Shown here: one piece after another, positions 28,582 to 38,408 of the stretch
Numbering within the stretch: position 1 is the stretch's first letter
How the letters are laid out: each line of letters opens with the position of its first letter
Source of the DNA: a virus
DNA length: 64,000 nt
Strand: one strand, 5' to 3'
Virus record (IMG/VR): IMGVR_UViG_3300012039_000002
Coordinates: 64,001-128,000 of that record
Translations under genes and position numbers: made by a program
Notes under the pieces: generated by a model
Database searches by the model: none
What the model saw: the letters and a program-made list of their open reading frames with translations, nothing else
What the model was told of the DNA's origin: nothing

Positions 28582-30051
28582 ATGTCAACAACGGGCACTA
28601 AAGTATTTAGAGAAATAGCAGCGGCTAAACGGCCTTATTTATTTTTTGCCGATCAAGTGCGGGCAGTTGCTGGCGGTCAAGGATACATAAACAATTCTCT
28701 AGAAGGCACAGAGTGCGATGCTGATGATACGGGCACGGGACAGCTTGTTAAGAGTTTCGGCACTTTTTTCCCTAATTGGCATTTTTATGATTTTTCAGGC
28801 GGCGCCTCGACGGGAATCTCTGCGGTATCTATAGCAAATGGTGTTTGTACAGTAATTGCGACGGGAACAATAGCGGCGTACTCAGGCACTTTATCTGCGG
28901 GCGATATCATTTCTATAAATGGTGTCACATGGGATACGACGCATCCATTCATAAACGGCGCGTGGGTTATAAAGTCTCTGACGACAACGAGTGTTTTGAA
29001 CGATACGATTACGTTTGAAATAGATTTCTTTGACACTATTGCTAATTATACTGGCTTGTTAGGCGGTTCTTTCATAATCGCGGGACCCACGTTTGAAATT
29101 AGGGATAACAGAGCTACTAGTGATGCTAAAGGAATGAGTTGCACGTCACTATTATTCACGCCTATGGAATGCTATAGAGTAAGTACACTTAGCCCGACGT
29201 ATAAGAGAGTGCTCCCTTCAGACTTATACACAAGATTTAAGTTTCAAACAGGTTCGGCTGCAGTGCCGCAAGGCGGGATAAACTCTAATTTGTTCAGTTC
29301 AGAGCTCGCGGACACTTCTGGCAATCCTGTTAAGCCAATTTTGTGGGCATACTTTTTTGGATATAACAGCGAAGTTGTCCCTGGCAACATATTCGAGATT
29401 GTGTTTAATTCGTATGCGGTAGTATTGCGGCCTTCTGGTAGTGGTTCTAACTTAGAATTCGCAATTGTAAAGTTTAGCTGGGGCACAGATCCCGGTACTG
29501 CTACAAATCTTACGTCTTTGACGCCTCAATTTGCTAAATACACTGTCCCGAATACCGCTCAAGGGACAGATCTGGGCTACTTGATCTCAACCAATCCTTC
29601 AATTGGTACAGACAAAGTAACAGAGCTCGCGGTGTCAGACTCGTTTACTTATGACTCAGAGTTTCCCGCTAAGTTTAACTTGAAAATAACGATCAGAAAG
29701 CACCTGTTGTCAGATTCAGTACTTGATGGCACTTATCTGGTTAATTTAATGATTAGTGATAATTATGAAGCTTTTGGTCCCGGCAAGCATTACGATACAG
29801 TATTACATGCGTATATTACGAAACCAACGCCGTTGTACAGCGTGGTTACTGGCTCTTATCCACACGATGCTATGTTAATGCCAATGGTATATTTCAAGTT
29901 CGTCAATATAGATGCTAACTATGTTAACGCCGAATCGCCTTTCGCTAATCCGCCATATCCCGGATCAAGCAAGATTATTCAGGACAACTTGTTTTACAGA
30001 CAAATCAACTCTGCCGCGCTAAATACTGCAGGAAAATCATATCTTTATTAA
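28582..30051 (+). CDS. Baseplate/tail-associated structural protein
   Basis: Beta-rich protein within the baseplate module. Confidence 0.5.
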   Translation: MSTTGTKVFREIAAAKRPYLFFADQVRAVAGGQGYINNSLEGTECDADDTGTGQLVKSFGTFFPNWHFYDFSGGASTGISAVSIANGVCTVIATGTIAAYSGTLSAGDIISINGVTWDTTHPFINGAWVIKSLTTTSVLNDTITFEIDFFDTIANYTGLLGGSFIIAGPTFEIRDNRATSDAKGMSCTSLLFTPMECYRVSTLSPTYKRVLPSDLYTRFKFQTGSAAVPQGGINSNLFSSELADTSGNPVKPILWAYFFGYNSEVVPGNIFEIVFNSYAVVLRPSGSGSNLEFAIVKFSWGTDPGTATNLTSLTPQFAKYTVPNTAQGTDLGYLISTNPSIGTDKVTELAVSDSFTYDSEFPAKFNLKITIRKHLLSDSVLDGTYLVNLMISDNYEAFGPGKHYDTVLHAYITKPTPLYSVVTGSYPHDAMLMPMVYFKFVNIDANYVNAESPFANPPYPGSSKIIQDNLFYRQINSAALNTAGKSYLY

Positions 30052-30062
30052 GAGGTTATAAT

Positions 30063-30779
30063 ATGTCACAGCTATTTAAAAACAACGCAAAATCCAGACT
30101 GGCTAGTTCTATTGCGGCTGATGGGTTGTCATTTACAGTGACTACAGGCGAGGGAGATTTGTTCCCTGTAATGACTGCAGATGATCACCTTCTTGTGACG
30201 TTTGAGAACTCTTCCGGCGGCAAAGAAATAGTTAGGGTCAGTGCCAGATCAGGTGACGATTTTACTATTGCAGGTGACCCAATAGCTGCTGAGCTGCCAA
30301 TAGCAGGCAGAGGCCGGGAAGGCACTGTTGCAAGAGGCTTTTCTGCCGAAGATTTAGTTGAGCTCAGATTAACTGCGGGCTTTATAGACGCTCTTAAAGA
30401 GGGCTCTATAGTGTTTGTTGTTGACGGTGGAGGGTCTGCTATCACGACTGGCTTGAAAGGTTGGATTGAGGCACCTTTTAGCGGGACCATAAAGAGTGCT
30501 AAATTATTTGCCGATGAGATATCGGGTTCAGTAAGCGTCGACATTTATAAGTCTACTTACGACAACTATCCGTTTTCCGCTCCGGCCGACGTAGCCGAAC
30601 TCATATCAACGGGCTTAGATATATCTTCCGGCTATAAAGCTAGATTTAACGACTTAACAGCTACCGGCGCTAATTGGGTGCAACGCAATTTTCTTAAAGG
30701 CGACATATTTATCTTTGATATCGCAGCTTGTTCTGGCTTTACAAAACTCACAGTGTCGTTGACGGTGGATAGATACTAA
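30063..30779 (+). CDS. Tail-associated protein with two modules reused elsewhere in the window
   Basis: N-terminus resembles the N-terminus of 38749; C-terminus (FVVDGGGSAITTGLKG) resembles 52239. Confidence 0.55.
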   Translation: MSQLFKNNAKSRLASSIAADGLSFTVTTGEGDLFPVMTADDHLLVTFENSSGGKEIVRVSARSGDDFTIAGDPIAAELPIAGRGREGTVARGFSAEDLVELRLTAGFIDALKEGSIVFVVDGGGSAITTGLKGWIEAPFSGTIKSAKLFADEISGSVSVDIYKSTYDNYPFSAPADVAELISTGLDISSGYKARFNDLTATGANWVQRNFLKGDIFIFDIAACSGFTKLTVSLTVDRY

Positions 30780-30782
30780 GTC

Positions 30783-31106
30783 ATGTTTAATTTTCACGCA
30801 GTAAATACAGCCGAGGTAAATGCTACTTCTCAAGCGCCTGCGCCTCCTGTGTTGACTATAAATACTGCGGAAGACTCAAACTTGCTTTCATGGACGTCGC
30901 CATATTTTACTGATTTCTTTGCTATTTACTGGTCTAAGAAACCCTTTGCTAGTTCAGACGAGCGAGGAGTCAGGACTATTATAGAAAGCATTCCTTCTCC
31001 CGCTGACAACGCAGTTGAAGAAGTCTCATATACTCATGTAATACCTGCTTCATATAGTCTTTCAGTTCTTTATTACAGAGTAGACGCTTACAATAGGAAC
31101 AGTTAA
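30783..31106 (+). CDS. Small FN3/Ig-like structural protein
   Basis: LLSW...FAIYWS...YYRVDAYN pattern. Confidence 0.5.
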   Translation: MFNFHAVNTAEVNATSQAPAPPVLTINTAEDSNLLSWTSPYFTDFFAIYWSKKPFASSDERGVRTIIESIPSPADNAVEEVSYTHVIPASYSLSVLYYRVDAYNRNS

Positions 31107-32956
31107 TGACTCTTTCAAATCAAGTCACAAACTATAACTTCAAGCTAGCTATCTATGAAGAGATTTATCAGAAGACTTTGGATGATCTTCTTCTTAGATT
31201 CACGCCTGAAATTAGACGTCAGTATGAAGAGTCAGAGCTCTGGAAATCATTCGTAGAATCTCTAGCATCTGAATTAGCTCAAGGCAGATTCGAAATAAAA
31301 GAGGCTCTAAAGCAACTAAATGTTCAAAAAGCTATAGATGTCTTTTTGAACTTGTGGGACAGCATTACAGGTATTTCTAGGGCTAATGTGTTTAATCCAG
31401 TTACGGGTGCGATGGAACTAGAAACAGATGAACAATATCGGCAGAGAATAGTAGACAATGTTTTCTGGGATAAAATTTCAAATCTAGCTTTGAAGAAGAC
31501 AATGCTTCTCAAGCTTGGCATCGACGCGGACGTATTGGACGCTGGAATGGACGCCACAAATTTCAAGACTATTCCTGAAAGATCTGTGTCTAAGCACTCT
31601 GCTAATCACGCACCAGTATTTTTGCCGGGCAAAACAGTAAACTTTTATAAGCTAGGCCCTAACGGTCAAGCGACAGTTGTTTCGGACGATGGTACTACGT
31701 TAACATTCACTGATTTTGTGTACGATCCCGGCGGTTTAAACATCCCGGGTACAGGGGCTGGGTATACGTGGGATGTGATGTACGTTGGAAATGATCCGGC
31801 TTTGGAAGACACATTTTGGGCTTCGCCAACAGCAGCTGCTATAGGTCCGCCGACTCCCCCAGCTGTAGAATTGATTACTAATGGGAATTTCTATTCCGGC
31901 GGTGCGGGCTGGTCTACTATAACTCCGGGTGCAGGCACGGTTACATTCGGAGCATACGACGATCCAGACTGGAGTCCGCCAACTATCTATAGTGCTATGG
32001 TTACCGGGGATGACGGTACGTTGAGACAAGCTATAGCTACAACGCCGGGAAATACATACACAATAATTTGGTCAACGTATTCAGTGAACGGCACTTTCTG
32101 GTTGAATGCTTCTTCGGGCGCAGCGTGGCCGCCCTCGCATGACCTTTTATACGTTGCCAGAACTACTCATGCTCCTCACTATCATGATAGTCCGTTTACT
32201 ACAGTCACTACGTCTCATCAATTTGTTGCTACATCAGCTACTACGTACATTGATTTTTATGTGGGATTAGTTGGAAATTATGGCTCTCTAGCGCATGTTT
32301 CGGTTATCGATTCTACGCTTATGGCCGGTATAGAATCAACTATAACTCATGGGCCAGTAGCTAATTTCGCGTACTTGTTTATTCCACCGCCCAATGAAGG
32401 AATGACACTTAAGTTTCTTAATTCTGGCGCTCAAGGAACTCTTGTAAGTGATATCGCTGGCGTTATAGAGTTTGAACTAATTGCGGGAATGCCGATAATA
32501 AATGATGTTGTCGCTCTCATATCGCCAACAGCTGGCACATGGTCTTATACTGTGCTTTCAGACGCACCGTCTCTAGTTACATCAGCTTCAGCGTTTATAC
32601 ACTCAAAGCTTTTATCTAATATATACAGCGTGAATCTTGGTGTTGGCACTCTTCAAGACGATAGGCTGAATGAGATTTATAATGCTATCTATCCGCTTGC
32701 AGCTATTGGGAATGTGCTTACAAAAATACTTCAAGATACGGCAGCTTCATTCAACGACTGGAATTTGGAATTTGGCAATATTACATACGGGCCGATTTTT
32801 ATGGGTACAGATCTTCCAGGAAGCAAAGACACTAATAGCAATTGGGCTGTTTTGGAAGAGCTGCAGGTTTCTAATCAATGGACTATGGGAGACGAAAAGC
32901 TATTCTCTGATAACGCTGGTCCAGATGACATCGTTACTTTAACAAGGACATCATAA
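31106..32956 (+). CDS. Baseplate wedge I-like protein with an inserted carbohydrate-binding-like domain
   Basis: FLNLWDSITGISR...ETDEQYRQRI; internal ELITNGNF...W...LRQAIATTPGNTYTI jelly-roll pattern. Confidence 0.6.
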   Translation: MTLSNQVTNYNFKLAIYEEIYQKTLDDLLLRFTPEIRRQYEESELWKSFVESLASELAQGRFEIKEALKQLNVQKAIDVFLNLWDSITGISRANVFNPVTGAMELETDEQYRQRIVDNVFWDKISNLALKKTMLLKLGIDADVLDAGMDATNFKTIPERSVSKHSANHAPVFLPGKTVNFYKLGPNGQATVVSDDGTTLTFTDFVYDPGGLNIPGTGAGYTWDVMYVGNDPALEDTFWASPTAAAIGPPTPPAVELITNGNFYSGGAGWSTITPGAGTVTFGAYDDPDWSPPTIYSAMVTGDDGTLRQAIATTPGNTYTIIWSTYSVNGTFWLNASSGAAWPPSHDLLYVARTTHAPHYHDSPFTTVTTSHQFVATSATTYIDFYVGLVGNYGSLAHVSVIDSTLMAGIESTITHGPVANFAYLFIPPPNEGMTLKFLNSGAQGTLVSDIAGVIEFELIAGMPIINDVVALISPTAGTWSYTVLSDAPSLVTSASAFIHSKLLSNIYSVNLGVGTLQDDRLNEIYNAIYPLAAIGNVLTKILQDTAASFNDWNLEFGNITYGPIFMGTDLPGSKDTNSNWAVLEELQVSNQWTMGDEKLFSDNAGPDDIVTLTRTS

Positions 32957-32957
32957 T

Positions 32958-33479
32958 ATGAATGAGCTTCTAAAATATACACGCGTAAACGTTCGAATTA
33001 AAGACAAAGAGACTCAAGAGCTTCTCTTTGATGGGCACAACCTCTTTGTTGAAACAGGCAGAGCATTTATCGCCGAAACATTTAAGGGACAAATTTCTGG
33101 AGGAGTAATTCAGCCCGGAGCATTCGTCTGTGACCTTGGTGACGACGGCACAACTCCAGTTGCTACTGACATCGATTTGTACAACTATAATAGTGCAGAC
33201 GAATTAAGCGTGGGCGTTTCGCCGACATATCCAGCTGACTTGGCCGGCTCGCCGACTGGAATATGGTTTAGATTTGACTTCGTAAACAATACGGGAATAG
33301 ACCAGACAATAAGAGAGCTAGGCTTGTTTTATCGCCCTGATTCAGACGATTTTCCAAAAAGAGGCACTTCTCCGTCAACGATGAAAGGCACAATGCTTGC
33401 AAGACTGAAAACTACTTCCTCTTCATTGGTGGTGGGCAACTCAAGAACGATAACTATAGATTGGAAAATAATTTTCTAA
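32958..33479 (+). CDS. Tail fibre/collar N-terminal-like baseplate protein
   Basis: HNLFVETGR...LGDDGTTP...IRELGLF...MLAR...ITIDWKIIF. Confidence 0.65.
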   Translation: MNELLKYTRVNVRIKDKETQELLFDGHNLFVETGRAFIAETFKGQISGGVIQPGAFVCDLGDDGTTPVATDIDLYNYNSADELSVGVSPTYPADLAGSPTGIWFRFDFVNNTGIDQTIRELGLFYRPDSDDFPKRGTSPSTMKGTMLARLKTTSSSLVVGNSRTITIDWKIIF

Positions 33480-33491
33480 GAGGTTGATGAA

Positions 33492-34091
33492 ATGGCTTTA
33501 ACATTACCGTATCCTACGTACACACCTTTCATTGCTACGACTGTGCATACATACGCAGAGCATAACACTCCGCACGCAGGGTTGTTGAGCAACGACGTTG
33601 CCATTAAGTCGTATCTCGACAATACAGTAGATCCTGCTCTATCTTCGCTTCAAAGTCAGGTAGCAGCGATTCCTCAAGGGCGCATTGTATCTACTGCATT
33701 GACCGGTGTCGGCTCCGGAGGAACATATCCAAATATTGGTGGCTTAGCTAAAGATTATACGTACAACTATACAGGGTCATATGTTCCACTTTTCATTACT
33801 GCAAGATTTGCCATCTATGGCGGTAGCAGCGCTGTATGTAGAATTCAATATCGATGGCTTAATTCGGCAAGTGCTGCTATGTCTAGCTACGTTGATGTTG
33901 TCGGTTTAAATCCTATGGGAGCAGGCGATGGTGGTGCTGGTTTAAACGATACATGGCAGGCAACGATTCCATTTATCGTCGGATCAAAATTTATTCAAAT
34001 GCAAGACTTGCATTATTCAACCAGAACGCAATTTGCTGTTCAGACTATCACCGAGCATCAAATTCCTCGCTGGGGAGATTGGGGCTATTAA
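33492..34091 (+). CDS. Short tail-fibre-like protein
   Basis: N-terminal LLSNDVAIKSYLD coiled segment followed by a beta domain. Confidence 0.45.
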   Translation: MALTLPYPTYTPFIATTVHTYAEHNTPHAGLLSNDVAIKSYLDNTVDPALSSLQSQVAAIPQGRIVSTALTGVGSGGTYPNIGGLAKDYTYNYTGSYVPLFITARFAIYGGSSAVCRIQYRWLNSASAAMSSYVDVVGLNPMGAGDGGAGLNDTWQATIPFIVGSKFIQMQDLHYSTRTQFAVQTITEHQIPRWGDWGY

Positions 34092-34100
34092 GGAGAAAGT

Positions 34101-34508
34101 ATGGATATAAATGAACAAAAAGACGCTGTTGTTAAAAAGTCTAGCGAGCTCTGGACTAAGTTTGGTAAGTACGTCTACATTGGTGTCGGTGTTCTTGCTT
34201 TTATTATAGGTGCCGTCTATGTAGGCCAGTGGTACGCAGCAGGAAAAGCGGATGAACTTGCCAAGTCAATCCATCAGAAATGGACAAGCGACAACAGAGA
34301 AGTGTTCGAACAAATCACAAGAAATAAGTTGAAGATAGAAGAATTAGATCAAAATTTTCAGTCACAGTCAGAAACACTAAGAAGAATGCGTTCTGGCGGC
34401 GGGAAGGTGATAGATGTTGCAATTCAAAAAGGCGATACGGCTATTATTGCTGGTATGTTTGACAATCTCGTTGACAGGTATACTCCACCTGCCTCTTGGG
34501 ACAAATAA
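34101..34508 (+). CDS. Single-TM coiled-coil protein, i-spanin (Rz)-like
   Basis: N-terminal TM helix, then coiled coil; overlapped by the next gene. Confidence 0.45.
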   Translation: MDINEQKDAVVKKSSELWTKFGKYVYIGVGVLAFIIGAVYVGQWYAAGKADELAKSIHQKWTSDNREVFEQITRNKLKIEELDQNFQSQSETLRRMRSGGGKVIDVAIQKGDTAIIAGMFDNLVDRYTPPASWDK

Positions 34509-34860
34509 AGCTTACGCAGCAGAACTTAACGCAACAAGATATTTGCTGAAAGGTCAGCCAGCGCCCTTTGCTGGCTACCTAGTAGAGCCTAAGCGTTTGG
34601 AGAAATCTCTTATAGCGCTCCACGATCTCGAATCGACTAAAGAGCTTTTAGTATTGAAAACAACGTATTATGAGGAAAAGCTAAAAGCTGAGAGGTTTGC
34701 TGCCGAGATGGAATACAAAGCAGCCAAAGCGGAATCAGACGCTGTTGAGAAAGAATTAAAAGCCAAGATTGCTGATTTAGATGTATGGTATAAGAAGCCC
34801 TGGTTCGTTGGCGGTGCGGTTGCTGTAATCTTTATCGCTACTGGGGTACTTCTTCCCTAG
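34414..34860 (+). CDS. Secreted coiled-coil protein with C-terminal hydrophobic anchor; possible spanin partner
   Basis: Signal peptide ending AYA-A, coiled coil, then WYKKPWF and a hydrophobic tail; 95-nt overlap with the previous gene. Confidence 0.45.
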   Translation: MLQFKKAIRLLLLVCLTISLTGILHLPLGTNKAYAAELNATRYLLKGQPAPFAGYLVEPKRLEKSLIALHDLESTKELLVLKTTYYEEKLKAERFAAEMEYKAAKAESDAVEKELKAKIADLDVWYKKPWFVGGAVAVIFIATGVLLP

Positions 34861-34877
34861 TAATCGATTGAATCTCT

Positions 34878-34887
34878 TTAATTTATA
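34878..34887 (+). promoter_or_regulatory. Candidate late promoter motif TTAATTTATA
   Basis: Same 10-mer, upstream of the fibre module. Confidence 0.5.
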
Positions 34888-34916
34888 CATAGATAGAAGT
34901 GTTTTAGGAGAATTTA

Positions 34917-35249
34917 ATGGCTTCAACAAGATTAATATTTACTAGAGATAGAACCTTCACACTTCAATTTACTCTACATCGTTCTGTTAGCGTCGACGAC
35001 AAGCTCTATTGGGCGATGAAAAACGATCATGCGTTCGAATATTACGATATTGATCCAATGGAATGCACTCTTTACAATCAAGCGCAAGGTGTCTACCGAC
35101 TTACAATCACAAACGATTTGACGATTAATCTCGATATTGGCAAATATTACGGCGAGTTAATGCGTGTGACAGCTAGCGGCGCTTATCAAACGCTACAAAA
35201 GTTCGACATAGATCTTGTTGATGAGATCATAAGTTCTCGAGATATCTAA
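34917..35249 (+). CDS. Small Ig-like (BppU N-terminal-like) adaptor protein
   Basis: QGVYRLTITNDLTINLDIGKYYGEL pattern. Confidence 0.5.
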   Translation: MASTRLIFTRDRTFTLQFTLHRSVSVDDKLYWAMKNDHAFEYYDIDPMECTLYNQAQGVYRLTITNDLTINLDIGKYYGELMRVTASGAYQTLQKFDIDLVDEIISSRDI

Positions 35250-35266
35250 TTTGGAGAAGCCTATAA

Positions 35267-37573
35267 ATGCGGCGAATATTCGATTTATTTAAAGACCTTC
35301 GAGATGTTCCATCTCCAGATGAGGGCAAGTTTTTAGTCTGGGATAATAATGAAACATTGAGAAACGCCTCTGGTACAGGCACTCCCGGTGAATCGGGTTA
35401 CTCTGGTTTTTCAGGCGCAAATCCCGGCCCTACAGGCTCTGCAGGCGCCTCTGGCTATTCTGGCGCCACAGGTTCTGGCTACAGTGGTTATTCAGGCCGA
35501 TCGGGCACTTCTGGTAAATCAGGCTTCTCTGGTTCCGGCACTTCTGGTTACTCTGGAATATCAGGCAGAGGTACAAGCGGGTATTCGGGTATAAGTGGTT
35601 CTGGTGTTTCTGGTTATTCTGGTCTTGCGGGATTATTTGCGGGCTCCGGCTATTCAGGTGAAACTGGCAGTTCAGGCTATAGTGGCTATTCAGGCTACTC
35701 CGGTTACAGTGGTTCTGGTGTAAGCGGCTATTCTGGCGATTCTGGCTATTCTGGCATAGGGACTTCTGGCTATTCTGGCATAGGGACTTCTGGCTATTCT
35801 GGCGATTCTGGCTATTCTGGCATAGGGACTTCTGGCTATTCTGGCGATTCTGGATATTCTGGTTCCGGTGTTTCCGGCTATTCGGGATTCAGTGGTTCAG
35901 GCACTTCGGGCTATTCCGGCGAACAAGGTAGCTCAGGCTACTCTGGAGATTCGGGCTATTCCGGCGAACAAGGTAGCTCAGGATATTCGGGTTCTGGAGT
36001 AAGTGGCTATTCGGGCGTCTCAGGTTATTCCGGCTACTCTGGCTCTGGCGTATCTGGCTACTCGGGTTTTTCTGGCTCTGGTGTATCTGGCTACTCGGGT
36101 TTTTCTGGTTCGGGTGTTTCCGGTTATTCTGGCTTCAGCGGTTATTCTGGCTTCAGCGGTTATTCTGGAATTGGTACTTCGGGTTATTCTGGAATATCAG
36201 GACATTCAGGCTCAGGTGTTTCAGGTTATAGCGGCTATTCTGGCGTAAGCGGTTACTCTGGGTTTTCTGGCCGCTCTGGTGTAAGCGGATATTCAGGTTA
36301 TTCAGGTAGGTCGGGCTATTCAGGCACTAATCCCGGTGTTCAGGGTGCTTCAGGTTATTCGGGTTATTCAGGCGGTTCTGGTATCGATGGTCTTCCTGGT
36401 GGAACATCTGGTTATTCTGGTTTTAGCGGATACTCAGGTGTTTCGGGTTATTCGGGTTCAGGTACTAGTGGTTATTCTGGCGAACAGGGCACTTCTGGTT
36501 ATTCTGGTTCGGACGCTTTAACGTCAGGCTATTCTGGTATTGATGGCACATCTGGTTATTCTGGCATCAATGGCGTTTCTGGCTATTCTGGCATCGATGG
36601 AGTGTCTGGCTATTCTGGTGTCGACGGTTCATCTGGTTATTCGGGTTTTGTGCCGGGTGGCTCAGGCTATTCTGGTATTTCCGGTTATTCAGGTGAATCT
36701 GGTGCTTCGGGCTACTCAGGTTTCGTTCCTGGCGGCTCAGGTTACTCTGGCATTTCTGGCTATTCAGGCATTGGAACTTCGGGTTATTCAGGTTCTGGCG
36801 TTTCTGGCTACTCTGGTTTTTCTGGATCCGGTGTATCAGGCTATTCAGGCTATTCAGGTAAGTCAGGTTACTCGGGTCATTCAGGTTTTGTGGGTGCGAC
36901 GGGAAATTCTGGCTATTCAGGCGCATCAGGTACTGATGCTCAATATTCTGGTTCATCTGGCTATTCTGGTTCATCTGGCTATTCTGGTTCCTCTGGAACG
37001 TCAGGTTATTCTGGTAAGTCGGGCTACTCAGGAAATTCTGGTTATTCTGGCTTTGGATATTCAGGCTATTCAGGAGCTACAGGCCTTCAAGGTTATTCAG
37101 GCGAAGCAACGTCAGGCTATTCTGGCGGCCAGGGTAATCAAGGTCTTTCTGGCTATTCTGGTTCTGGTGTGTCGGGTTACAGTGGTTCAGGTGTAAGCGG
37201 CTATTCGGGCTCAGGCGTTTCTGGCTATTCAGGCTTCTCAGGCTATTCAGGCTTGAGCACATCTGGTTACTCAGGTGAATCAGGCTATAGTGGCGCATCA
37301 GGCTACAGTGGTTATTCAGGAGTTTCAGGTTATTCTGGCACGCCGCCTGCAGGACTGGGCACTTATTCTGGATGGTCTGGCGCTGGTTCAACCTTTGTTC
37401 AGAACTCCGGTGTAGCAGTAGGGACGCCACTGGTATTTTTGACTCCAACAGATGCATCTGGAGCGACTTTATTTGGATACGTTTCTGGAATTGATGGAAC
37501 TTCAGGCTTTACAGCAGGCTACACTTCGCCAACAGGCGTTGTCACCTGGAACTACATAATCTTTACAAGCTAA
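35267..37573 (+). CDS. SGYSG-repeat fibre-like protein (768 aa)
   Basis: About 35-aa N-terminal anchor, about 650 aa of SGYSG/SGVSG repeats, and a small C-terminal domain. Confidence 0.8.
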   Translation: MRRIFDLFKDLRDVPSPDEGKFLVWDNNETLRNASGTGTPGESGYSGFSGANPGPTGSAGASGYSGATGSGYSGYSGRSGTSGKSGFSGSGTSGYSGISGRGTSGYSGISGSGVSGYSGLAGLFAGSGYSGETGSSGYSGYSGYSGYSGSGVSGYSGDSGYSGIGTSGYSGIGTSGYSGDSGYSGIGTSGYSGDSGYSGSGVSGYSGFSGSGTSGYSGEQGSSGYSGDSGYSGEQGSSGYSGSGVSGYSGVSGYSGYSGSGVSGYSGFSGSGVSGYSGFSGSGVSGYSGFSGYSGFSGYSGIGTSGYSGISGHSGSGVSGYSGYSGVSGYSGFSGRSGVSGYSGYSGRSGYSGTNPGVQGASGYSGYSGGSGIDGLPGGTSGYSGFSGYSGVSGYSGSGTSGYSGEQGTSGYSGSDALTSGYSGIDGTSGYSGINGVSGYSGIDGVSGYSGVDGSSGYSGFVPGGSGYSGISGYSGESGASGYSGFVPGGSGYSGISGYSGIGTSGYSGSGVSGYSGFSGSGVSGYSGYSGKSGYSGHSGFVGATGNSGYSGASGTDAQYSGSSGYSGSSGYSGSSGTSGYSGKSGYSGNSGYSGFGYSGYSGATGLQGYSGEATSGYSGGQGNQGLSGYSGSGVSGYSGSGVSGYSGSGVSGYSGFSGYSGLSTSGYSGESGYSGASGYSGYSGVSGYSGTPPAGLGTYSGWSGAGSTFVQNSGVAVGTPLVFLTPTDASGATLFGYVSGIDGTSGFTAGYTSPTGVVTWNYIIFTS

Positions 37574-37583
37574 CGGGAGATAA

Positions 37584-38396
37584 ATGATGGTTCTTTTTAT
37601 TAGATATACAAAAAGTTTGGGCGATTCAGCCATCTATACTCGCCTTAGAAATGCTACGGGTCAGTTCTGGGATTTCGTAGCAGCAGCTTGGGTGAATTCT
37701 CTCGTTGCGGATTGTAAAGTGTTTCTGCTTGAATCAGTTTTCCCAGATGATGATTCGCAGGACGCTCTTTACTCAGCTACAGCATCGATTCCCAATGGCG
37801 GCCCTTGGGTAGAAGAAACAGTCTTAGTGTCCTCAGGCAAAGTTATTGGATACGACAACACTGAGGGAGTAACCGATTCTGAAACTCTCAACTTAAAGCA
37901 ATCTTTATTGGCTTATGTTGGAGATGCTGATAACGTCTTCTCTATTGTGGCAGGTTCATTTACTGGTCTTATCAATTTCTACGCTTGTTCGCTTGCTGAT
38001 TTCTCCGCGAATATGGCTGATCCTGCTAACGCAACGCTTGTTTGCACATTGGGTCCTACTGGAGTGATGACTAATGTGGCTGACATAGCTACAAGTGGAG
38101 AAGTGCTATTCTTTAGACTCGAAACGTTCAATTGCCTTGCTGACTTGACTGTGAACATATACGCCGCAGCCATCTATGGAAACGTAAGAGTCTACGTCCC
38201 TCTTGGTGCACAGACGATTGCAACCGCTTACGTGTATTATCCTACGGCTGACGCTAGTCTTCTAGTCTACGAAGGCAGCAACCTTATTACGTTTAGTGAA
38301 AGCGCTTACGGAAAGTCTCTGGCTTTGATCCCAACGATTAATTGGGACATGATTTCACAGCCAGTAAATCTTACTACTACTCAGGTAATAGTGTAA
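37584..38396 (+). CDS. Structural protein, paralog of 57798
   Basis: N-terminal YTRLRNATGQFWDFVAAAWV...GGPWVEE is shared with 57798. Confidence 0.55.
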   Translation: MMVLFIRYTKSLGDSAIYTRLRNATGQFWDFVAAAWVNSLVADCKVFLLESVFPDDDSQDALYSATASIPNGGPWVEETVLVSSGKVIGYDNTEGVTDSETLNLKQSLLAYVGDADNVFSIVAGSFTGLINFYACSLADFSANMADPANATLVCTLGPTGVMTNVADIATSGEVLFFRLETFNCLADLTVNIYAAAIYGNVRVYVPLGAQTIATAYVYYPTADASLLVYEGSNLITFSESAYGKSLALIPTINWDMISQPVNLTTTQVIV

Positions 38397-38408
38397 CGGA
38401 GATAAACA

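Noticed and set aside
35267-37573. GFP-like Ser-Tyr-Gly chromophore or ice-nucleation repeats
   Set aside because: The order is Gly-Tyr-Ser with no barrel fold, and the TxT ice-binding motif is absent.
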